A model generated the notes under the pieces. The model saw only the letters and a program-made list of their open reading frames with translations. It was not told the origin of the DNA and did not search any database. Positions 12,390 through 22,348 of a stretch of 64,000 nt of DNA are shown here, one piece after another (the first letter of the stretch is position 1; each line of letters starts with the position of its first letter). The position numbers and the translations under genes were made by a program. This DNA is from Macrostomum lignano (lineage: Eukaryota): assembly GCA_002269645.1 (NCBI GenBank), contig NIVC01001293.1, forward strand, positions 1 through 64,000, in the 5' to 3' direction.

Positions 12390-13706
12390 ATAGCATTTTG
12401 CAAGCTAGTAGAGAATGCGAGCAAACAATTAAATAATTGATAACAAAGTCTGTGGAATTTTTTATTGTCTGTGGTCAAAGATATGGCTATTTCTACAACC
12501 AAATAAATAATGCAAGCATGCAATTGATAAATTTTCTCAGTTATTATGTGAACTGATCTCAATAGTAGCTCAAAATGGACACAATCAACATTGAGGATAA
12601 TGAAATTCTGGAGTAGGATGGAAAGAGTTTTGTCACCGCGGAGGACGCTCCTGGAGAACCAGTTCAGGCGGCAGCAGCACAGGGTCCATATGCCAAGATA
12701 AGCAACAAAAAATATGAACTAGTAGTAAGTGCGCTTGAGCAAAGAGACAGGGCTGTGCAGATTTCCAGGTTTTGTAATTTGAAGGCACAAACTGTGTATA
12801 CTATCCAATGGCACTACAAACTGACTGGACGCCGCAATGACTCTATCGAGGAGGAGATCAAACGTCAAAGCTAGGAAACCAGCATGTGCAACTGCTTCTG
12901 GATTCACTGGATGCCAATCCATTACTAACAATAAAAGAGTTGCAGCACACACTGGAGCATTTGTTTGATGGTCTTCAGGTGAGCAAGGCCACACTTAGCA
13001 GATCTCTAGACAAACATCTGATCATGCTGAAATGCTTAGGTAGAGATGCTGACCTTCTGGTCGCACGGAACACGCTGTTGACAAGAATTCGCACAGTGGC
13101 TGCTTGACCTGCCTCTGGATTGTCACTTGATCTATATTGACAAGACAGGGTTCAACATATGGACATGACGATCTCTGGGGCGCAGTTTGCAGGGTCAGCA
13201 TGTTAGGCGCACTTTGAATACGCAGCGCAGTGTTTAGGTAAATATATCATCCAGGCCATCTCACATGGCCTCAGCCTTGTACACCAAAGATTTTGGGCCA
13301 GATGCTAACTGCAAACGTGTTCTAAGTTTTCATCAAAGAGTTACTCAATGCTGTCAACAACAGAGAAGACATCAAGAATGTGGATCAATTCTGCATCATA
13401 ATGGATGGTGCTCGATTCCACACTGGCATGAGGCTCCCACAACAATATGAAGCTAACTGGCAAGTCATGCAGCTGCCACCATACTCACCATTTTTGAATC
13501 CAACTGAGAGTGCGCACTCCTACCTGAAGAACTTTGATCTTTGAAGAGCAATAGAAATTTGCTAAGTTATTGAGAAATTTATCAATTGTGTGCCCACATT
13601 ATTTATTTGGTCATGGCTTTGACCATAGATGATAAGAAAATCCATTGACTTTGCCATCAATTTTTTAATTGCTTGCTCGCATTCTCTACTAGCTTGAAAA
13701 TGCTAT
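12390..13706 (+). mobile_element. Decayed IS630/Tc1/mariner DNA transposon with ~140-150 bp inverted repeats
   Basis: Left 12390-12540 (ATAGCATTTTGCAAGCTAGTAGAGAATGCGAGCAAACAATT...) is an imperfect reverse complement of 13570-13706. The two flank transposase remnants. True termini and TSD not resolved. Confidence 0.8.
12575..13530 (+). pseudogene. DDE_3-type (IS630/Tc1) transposase pseudogene
   Basis: IYIDKTGFNIWT*RSLGRS at about 13130, IIMDGARFH at about 13395 and QLPPYSPFLNPTE at about 13470-13508 correspond to the D-D-E motifs (IDETG / MDNARFH / LPPYSPDLNPIE). In-frame stops are present. Confidence 0.85.
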
Positions 13707-14144
13707 AATATCAGGAAACAAAGTGGAAAATCACTATAACTGTATAATATCATAGTCAAAAATAGTCATGTAATTGCAAATCTTGACTCTTTTCAAGATC
13801 TCAAAACCAAGATTGAGATTGAAATAGTGCTGAGCTCTTAACAATCAAGATCAAGATTGGGATCTTGTCTGACCCATAAAAGAAATTCAATACCATATAA
13901 CATGCTTATTCAGGCTATTTTATTGGACCAGGCAGATTTGAATTAAAAATGTACAGTTAATGTATAGACTAAAAATTACTTGAGGATCACTATTGCTCCT
14001 ACTCTAACTATATTTATACACCTAGGTCTAGGCTCATAAATTTATATATTTTGCTCAAAAAGACCAATTTTTTTCTTTTTTTCTTCTATAATATCAACCA
14101 TGGGAGTCAGCATATTAGTCATTGGATTCATTATCCTATCTTAG

Positions 14145-14560
14145 CCACATGAATAATCACCTAAGCTTCATTAATGATCACCTCAGTCTTATGACTAACT
14201 GCATCAAAACTACTCAGCCTCATAAATAATCACCTCAGCCTCATGAATAATCACCCCAGCCTCATAAATAATCACCTCAGCCTCATGAAAAATCATCTCA
14301 GCCTCATTAATAATCACCTTAGCCTTTTGAATAATCACCTCAGCCTCATTAATAATCACCTTAACCTATTGAATAATCACCTTAGCCTATTGAATAATCA
14401 CCTTAGCCTATTGAATAATCACCTTAGCCTATTGAATAATCACCTCAGCCTATTGAATAATCACCTTAGCCTATTGAATAATCACCTTAGCCTATTGAAT
14501 AATCACCTCAGCCTATTGAATAATCACCTCAGCCTATTGAATAATCACCTCAGTCTCTTG
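14145..14560. repeat. 21-bp minisatellite (TGAATAATCACCTTAGCCTAT) upstream of RhoGDI
   Basis: Direct periodicity; source of the NNHLSLL artefact ORF. Confidence 0.93.
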
Positions 14561-14731
14561 AATTAGGGTCACATTAGACTAATTAATCAACACCTCAAAA
14601 GAACCGCTCTATGAAGCGTGGGCATTTTATTTTTAATCTCTACTTGTTTCTAATCTTTGAAGAAAAACTTAATGAACTTCTATTATTTGTGCATGCGAAA
14701 ACAGTGAAATATCTTCTGCCTGGGCAGCATC

Positions 14732-16053
14732 ATGGCCGAAAAGGTAGCTAACCCAGCCGGCGACCTGGAGCCTGAGGACACCGGATTCAAAGCTCCCGCT
14801 GCTAAAAGCATCGACGAAATTAAAAGCGCCGATCCTGAAGACGAGGCTTTGAAAAAGTACAAAGAATCGTTGCTAGGCAGCGGCTCAGTGGCTCCGGTAT
14901 TTCCGGACAATCCCGCAAATGTGATTGTGCAAAAAATACAAATTGAATTTGTTGACGACCAACGGGCCCCTGTGGAGCTTCAACTGCTGGATAGCGACTT
15001 GGCGGAATTGAAAAATAATCCTATTGTGATTAAGGAAGGGGTCAATTATAGGGTGAGAATTTTCTTCTACGTGCAGCGGGACATTGTGTCCGGTCTGAGG
15101 TATATTCAGGCCACGTACAAGCTAGGAGTCAGAGGTGAGTTGAAATTGATCCTGTATTGGATTGGTCATTGATCATTGATCCTGTATTGGATTGGTCATT
15201 GATCATTGATCCCGTATTGGATTAGTCATTGAATCTGTATTGGATTGGTCATGGATCCTGTATTGGATTGGTCATTGATCATTGATCCTGTATTGGATTG
15301 GTCATTGGTCATTGATCCTGTATTGGATTGGTCATCGATCCTGTATTGGATTGGTCATTGATCATTGATCCCGTATTGGATTAGTCATTGAATCTGTATT
15401 GGATTGGTCATGGATCCTGTATTGGATTGGTCATTGATCATTGATCCCGTATTGGATTAGTCATTGAATCTGTATTGGATTGGTCATGGATCCTGTATTG
15501 GATTGGTCATTGATCCCACCATGGTTGTGCAATTCACAGCCATGAGGGCCAACCTTCAAGGCTCAGAGAGTGCACATGCCTGACGGTTAGAAAGTCAGAG
15601 CTGCTGTACCATACATGCGCAACCTTGGGAATCACCTGGCCTTTTCTATTGGCAACACACACACGTAAGTCGCTATTGGCTGAGAGCAGTCACGTGACTA
15701 CTATTCTGTCCAATAGCGACTTACATGTGTGTGTTGCCAATAGAAACGGCCGAGTGAATCCCAAGGTTGCGCCCAAGCATGTGCTGTACACCCTGCGTGA
15801 GCAAATGGACAGGCGTGTACACCCATACCTTCCCCTGACTTCGCAACCCGCAGTTGCCAAGGACGATCTGATGGTTGGCAGTTACCCGCCTAAGCCGGAG
15901 CCGCACGTGTACAACAGCCCGGTGCACGAGGCCCCCAGCGGCATGATGTCGCGCGGCTCCTACGCCGTGAAATCGCGCTTCACGGATGACGATAGGAACG
16001 ACTTCTTGTCCTGGGAATGGGCCATCAAGATCAAGGAAAACTGGAAGGATTGA
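14732..16053 (+). CDS. RhoGDI: Rho GDP-dissociation inhibitor, 200 aa
   Basis: Exons 14732-15134 and 15854-16053 (phase 1, total 603 nt). Motifs KSIDEIKSADPEDEALKKYKESLLG, IKEGVNYRVRIFF, IVSGLRY, MVGSYPP, EAPSGMMSRGSY, SRFTDDD and WEW are diagnostic. Confidence 0.96.
15146..15515. repeat. ~23-30-bp minisatellite (GATCCTGTATTGGATTGGTCATTGATCATT) starting ~10 nt after the RhoGDI donor
   Basis: Direct periodicity. Confidence 0.93.
15617..15772. mobile_element. 156-bp near-perfect palindrome (MITE-like hairpin) in the RhoGDI intron
   Basis: GCGCAACCTTGGGAATCAC...TTCTATTGGCAACACACACACGTAAGTCGCTATTGG pairs with CCAATAGCGACTTACATGTGTGTGTTGCCAATAGAA...GTGAATCCCAAGGTTGCGC, centred on AGTCACGTGACT. 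No TSD seen. Confidence 0.75.
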
Positions 16054-16269
16054 AATCTTCGGCTATGATTGCTATGAAGTTTTTGTGCGACAATGATTCT
16101 TTGTCTACTACAATACTTTATATCATATTTATATTGTTAATTCGGGCGCGTTGGAACTTAAATCTATTGCGTTGGTTTATTTATTGAATTATAGAAATTC
16201 TTTTTCGTGTCGTAATGAATTAGCAATATGATTGTTAGTTTACTAGAATAGCTGTTATCAAGAAGTGGA

Positions 16270-16800
16270 ATTGGTCATACGATCAGTTGAGTTGGTCATT
16301 ACCATTAGTTTAAGTTGTTGATAATAAAATTAGTTAAGTTGGTCATACAATCAGTTGAGTTGTTGGTCATACAATCAGTTGAGTTGGTCATACAATCAGT
16401 TGAGTTGGTCATACAATCAGTTGAGTTGTTGGTCATACAATCAGTTGAGTTGGTCATACAATCAGTTGAGTTGGTCATACAATCAGTTGAGTTGGTCATG
16501 CAATCAGTTAAGTTGTTGGTCATACAATCAGTTGAGTTGGTCATGCAATCAGTTAAGTTGTTGGTCATACAATCAGTTGAGTTAGTCATGCAATCAGTTA
16601 AGTTGTTGGTCATACAATCAGTTGAGTTGTTGGTCATACAATCAGTTGAGTTGGTCATACAATCAGTTGAGTTGGTCATACAATCAGTTGAGTTGGTCAT
16701 GCAATCAGTTAAGTTGTTGGTCATACAATCAGTTGAGTTGGTCATGCAATCAGTTAAGTTGTTGGTCATACAATCAGTTGAGTTGGTCATACAATCAACT
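16270..16800. repeat. 21/24-bp minisatellite (TTGGTCATACAATCAGTTGAG)
   Basis: Direct periodicity. Confidence 0.93.
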
Positions 16801-17323
16801 AAGTTTAATAAATTTTTATGTTATACTCTTAATGTTGTTTAGTGACCGATTTTGATAATAGAGTCTGTCTGTGAGCTGCAGTGCAGTACCAGTTGAGTAT
16901 AGTATTGGCATATTTAATAGTTGGCTTTGCCTTGCACCTCGCAGCTTAATTCGCTCAGCTTTCGTGTCGCTTTGTCGCATGTTGCACTTCATAGCAACAC
17001 TGATAAGTGTTGATAATTATGCAATATATACTAATTCGTACTTTTTATGGTGTTTGTACATGTACTTCTCAATACCATTTTTTTAGTGTAAGAGATAGCC
17101 CCGTGAGTTTTTTATAATCGACAAAATTGAAGTTTTTTTCAACCGTTTTTCTAAAGCGAATCAATATTTAATCCATTCAGTACGAGGATTAGCAGTTATA
17201 ATTAAGGAGTGGCTGCTTCTATTTCGCTCCGGTGGCCAGTCTCTGTGGTGCATGATTGAGAATCTCCTTATAAACTTTTGTAACGCTTTTGTACGCGACA
17301 AACTTTGATATGGTTTAGAATGT

Positions 17324-17966
17324 GCAGATCCTCAGTTGCTGGGCCAGTCTCCCAGATCCTCAGTTGCTGGGCCAGCCTCTCAGATCCTCAGTTGCTGGGC
17401 CAGCCTCCCAGATCCTCAGTTGCTGGGCCAGCCTCCCAGATCCTCAGTTGCTGGGCCAGCCTCCCAGATCCTCAGCTGCTGGGCCAGCCTCCCAGATCCT
17501 CAGCTGCTGGGCCAGCCTCCCAGATCCTCAGCTGCTGGGCCAGCCTCCCAGATCCTCAGTTGCTGGGCCAGCCTCCCAGACCCCCAGTTGCTGGGCCAGC
17601 CTCTCAGATCCTCAGTTGCTGGGCCAGCCTCCCAGATCCTCAGTTGCTGGGCCAGCCTCCCAGACCCCCAGTTGCTGGGCCAGCTTCCCAGATCCTCAGT
17701 CGCTGGGCCAGCCTCCCAGATCTGTTGCTGGGCCAGCCTCCCAGATCTGTTGCTGGGCCAGCCTCCCAGATCTGTTGCTGGGCCAGCCTCCCAGATCCTC
17801 AGTTGCTGGGCCAGCCTCGCAGATCCTCAGTTGCTGGGCCAGCCTCCCAGATCCCCAGTTACTGGGCCAGCCTCCCAGATCCTCAGTTGCTGGGCCAGCC
17901 TCCCAGATCCTCAGTTGCTGGGCCAGCCTCCCAGATCCCCAGTTACTGGGCCAGCCTCCCAGATCT
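17324..17966. repeat. 28-bp GC-rich minisatellite (CAGATCCTCAGTTGCTGGGCCAGCCTCC)
   Basis: Direct periodicity; all three + frames are open because the unit has no stop. Confidence 0.95.
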
Positions 17967-18431
17967 GTATGAAATGTACACGGTCGGGTCTACATATGAA
18001 TCTACTAATGAGTTGAATCTGCACAATTTATTAATAAATCTGTTACTCGCGCTCGCTTGCCTCCGGCTTCTGCAATACCTGATCCGCCATACAGCTTAAT
18101 GTAGGTTTTCCTCTATATTTTATTGTAGCGCATGAGGGCGGTATTCGCTTCTTTAATTAATATATTTCACGCTAATACTGATTTTGCGTGTTTATAAAGT
18201 CACCGTGGCTTAGAAGGAACCAGCTCAATAAATAAATAAATAAATTGTTTTCACGATTGTCGACGTTGAGCAATATTCTGTGCCACGCACGCTTCATTAG
18301 CTGCCAAGTAAATATGCGTGTCTTCTGCCGTTTTAATCTTTTATTAGCTACGGGCTACAGCTTGCAATGCTCAAATTTATTTTAGTTATAATTTGCTTTT
18401 ATTTCTACTTAATACATTTATAGTAGCAGCT

Positions 18432-18840
18432 TTTGAGATAGCCATTTCATTTTTTGGGGTAGCCATTTCATTTTCTGGGTAGCCATTTCATTTTTGAGAT
18501 AGATATTTCATTTTTGGGGAAGCCATTATATTTTTGAGATAGATATTTCATTTTTGGGGTAGCCATCTCATTTTTGAGGTAGCCATTTTATTTTGGAGAT
18601 AGCCATTTCATTTTTGGGGGTAGCCATTTCATTTTTGAGGTAGCCATTTTATTTTGGATAGCCATTTCATTTTTTGAGGTAGCCATTTCATTTTTAGGAT
18701 AGCCATTCAATTTTTGAGATAGATATTTCATTTTTGGGGAAGCCATTATATTTTTGAGGTAGCCATTTCATTTTTGGGGTAGAAATTTCATTTTTGAGAT
18801 AGCCAATTCATTTTTGGTTTAGCCAATTCATATTTGAATG
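18432..18840. repeat. ~20-bp minisatellite (AGCCATTTCATTTTTGAGAT)
   Basis: Direct periodicity. Confidence 0.9.
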
Positions 18841-20046
18841 AAATAAATTAAAATAATTTATCATTCTGGCGCGGTAATTCTCAATGGCGCAATCATTTAA
18901 TAATATATTTCCGTGTAAATTTTAAACATTTTCGGGTACCTTAGAAGGGATCAAATAATAACAAAAATAGGGAGTATCACCATTCCATCGCGAATATTTT
19001 TCAGGACTTAAGAGAAAAGTTTAAAAAAAATATATTATCTACTACAATTAATATGTAATTGTAGTTTTTAACAAAGAATGTTAAAATATTTACACATTGG
19101 CTGGTAAATTATCAATATGAAAGTGGTTACTGGCGAAATATATAGTACTTTGGGCACTTTTGGCCGCAGCAAAAGTTAGGGGCAACCAGCCATAGTAAGA
19201 AAGGGGCCCTCGAGACTGATATCGCACGCGCCTGCCTACTTCAAAAAAAAACAATTGGTTCTGATAGCGCAGAAAAAACCAAACCAAATCACCAAAGTTA
19301 TTTGCGCTACTGTTGAAAACGAAAATTTGCAAACTCTGTGTGTATTCAACCAAATGAGTTACTACAGTAATGCCAGGTAAGTACGAGATTGAGTGGTTAG
19401 TTCACCCGGTGAAAGCGTTACAAGAACAAAATCGAGTCATTGCAAACAGCTCACTAGCGACTGTAGCGACTCTGGGGGCGACTCTGGTGACTTGTTAACG
19501 ACTCAAACGATTGCAATGCGACGGAGAGGCGACTTTTGAGTCGCGAGCGCGTCACGTGAGTTGCAGAATCTATGATGATGCAAATCGACTTTTTTGCGGC
19601 AAGTGACTCACTCTGTAGGTATCGTTTTCATCGGGTAAACTATTTGGTGCATTCGATGCATTCGAACAAAGATATGTTTTGGTCAAATTTTTTTAGCTGT
19701 GGCCACTGGTACTTGTATACATGTATATGTTGGATAATTTTACCATCTTTAAAGTTTGAGCATTAAACCATGTATTTAAAGTTGGGCGAAAAAATAAGCC
19801 CTGAATTCTGGTTTGCTACTCTGCTGTACCAATCTTACATGTACATGTTGCCACCTACTCTATCAAAAGTCGCATTTTAGTAACCGCCACCAGAAAATAG
19901 AGTCAATTATAGATTGATTCAGCATCAGCACGGAGATGATGGGCTAAATAATGAATTGCGAGAGAGAACTGCAGCAGGCAGTGATTTCATGTACTCGCCG
20001 CGAGTGAACCAAGCTATGAGTCGGTCGATCGGTCCAAGATCTGAGT

Positions 20047-22317
20047 CTAGAAATCGCAGCAGGCCGATTTTTCTTTTGCATTCTTTCCTTTGTCATCGTC
20101 TTTGCCGAGACGGACATTTGCGCGATTCACCTACAAGCGTTTGATGGTTGGGGATTGTGCTGTCTGACTTCAGATCTAGAGAATCAGAAAAAGTGACAGT
20201 CCAGTAGCACTCGGAGACAGTGACAGTCCAGTAGCACTCGGAGACAGTGACAGTCCAGTAGCACTCGGTGACAGTGACAGTCCAGTAGCACTCAGAGACA
20301 GTGACAGTCCAGTAGCACTCGGTGACAGTGACAGTCCAGTAGCACTCAGAGACAGTGACAGTCCAGTAGCACTCAGAGACAGTGACAGTCCAGTAGCACT
20401 CAGAGACAAGACAGTGACAGTCCAGTAGCACTCAGAAACAGTGACAGTCCAGTAGCACTCAGAGACAGTGACAGTCCAGTAGCACTCAGAGACAGTGACA
20501 GTCCAGTAGCACTCAGAGACAAGACAGTGACAGTCCAGTAGCACTCAGAGACAAGACAGTGACAGTCCAGTAGCACTCAGAGACAAGACAGTGACAGTCC
20601 AGTAGCACTCAGAGACAGTGACAGTCCAGTAGCACTCAAAGACAAGACAGTGACAGTCCAGTAGCACTCAGAGACAGTGACAGTGACAGTCCAGTAGCAC
20701 TCAGAGACAAGACAGTGACAGTCCAGTAGCACTCAAAGACAAGACAGTGACTGTCCAGTAGCACTCAAAGACAAGACAGTGACTGTCCAGTAGCATTCAG
20801 AAACAGTGACAGTCCAGTAGCACTCAGAGACAGTGACAGTCCAGTAGCACTCAGAGACAGTGACAGTCCAGTAGCACTCAGAGACAGTGACAGTCCAGTA
20901 GCACTCAGAGACAGTGACAGTCCAGCCTCTCACCTGCAGATCCTCGCTAGCCTGCATCAGTCTGGCCAGCTCCGTGACGCACATCTGCACATTCTCGCCG
21001 CTCTTCGCGCTGACCTCGGCAAACAGTGCGTCGTACTCTTGAGCCAGCTTTCTGGCTTCCGTATACTCGACTACCCGCTTGCCCTGTTGCTGGGCAGCCA
21101 GTCTCAAGTCCGTCTTGTTCGAGCAGATCATTATTGGCACGGATTTGTCCGCAGCCTCGTGCACCTGATCGACCCATTCGCGCACGCTCAAGAACGAGCG
21201 CTCGTAGGTGCAGTCGAATAGCAGCAGGACGCCATCGGCCCGGCGGAAGTAGGACTTGGCAACGGACCGGAAGCGCTCCTGGCCTGCCGTGTCCCACAGC
21301 TGGAAGAGATTGGGAATGTGTACACCTTATGATTGTGTTGGGAATGTGTACACCTTATGATTGTGTTGGGAATGTGTACACCTTATGATTGTGTTGGGAA
21401 TGTGTACACCTTATGATTGTGTTGGGAATGTGTACACCTTATGATTGTGTTGGGAATGTGTACACCTTATGATTGTGTTGGGAATGTGTACACCTTATGA
21501 TTGTGTTGGGAATGTGTACACCTTATGATTGTGTTGGGAATGTGTACACCTTATGATTGTGTTGGGAATGTGTACACCTTATGATTGTGTTGGGAATGTG
21601 TACACCTTATGATTGTGTTGGGAATGTGTACACCTTATGATTGTGTTGGGAATGTGTACACCTTATGATTGTGTTGGGAATGTGTACACCTTATGATTGT
21701 GTTGGGAATGTGTACACCTTATGATTGTGTTGGGAATGTGTACACCTTATGATTGTGTTGTGAATGTGTACACCTTATGATTGTGTTGGGAATGTGTACA
21801 CCTGGATGATGATTGAGTGTTGGGAATGTGTACACCTGGATGATTGAGTGCTGGGAATGTGTACACCTGGATGATGATTGAGTGTTGGGAATGTGTACAC
21901 CTAGATGATTTAGTGTTGGGAATGTGTACACCTGGATGATTTAGTGTTGGGAATGTGTACACCTGGATGATGATTGAGTGTTGGGAATGTGTACACCTGG
22001 ATGATGATTGAGTGTTAGGAATGTGTACACCTTGATGATGTGCACCCACCTGCAGTGCAAATACGCGCCCATCAACGGCGATAATCTTAGTCTTGAAGTC
22101 CACCCCGAGAGTGGCCGTGGTGTTCTCCGTGAACCGGTTGTCGCACAGCCTCATGATGAAGCTTGACTTGCCCACGGCGGCGTCGCCAGCCAGCACCACT
22201 TTGAACATGCGCTCCGGGTTGCCCGACACGGTGACAATCGCGCACGATGTCGACGCCTCTTGGCCAGCGGCCGCCTGCCGTCCCGGACTCGATTCCGGCT
22301 TCTGCCGACGACTTCCC

Positions 22318-22348
<31 letters not shown>

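Noticed and set aside
14243-18099. Repetitive ORFs (NNHLSLL, MTNSTDC, PDPQLLGQPPRSSVAG)
   Set aside because: Minisatellite translations with no splice or codon evidence of coding.
20047-20175. Initial impression that RASEF lacks a prenylation motif
   Set aside because: The downstream acceptor at 20130 gives an in-frame ...SACCDF* end.
21305-21790. 28-bp direct repeats of CRISPR-like length
   Set aside because: Head-to-tail with no unique spacers, no cas genes, and located inside a eukaryotic intron. The same applies to all other arrays.
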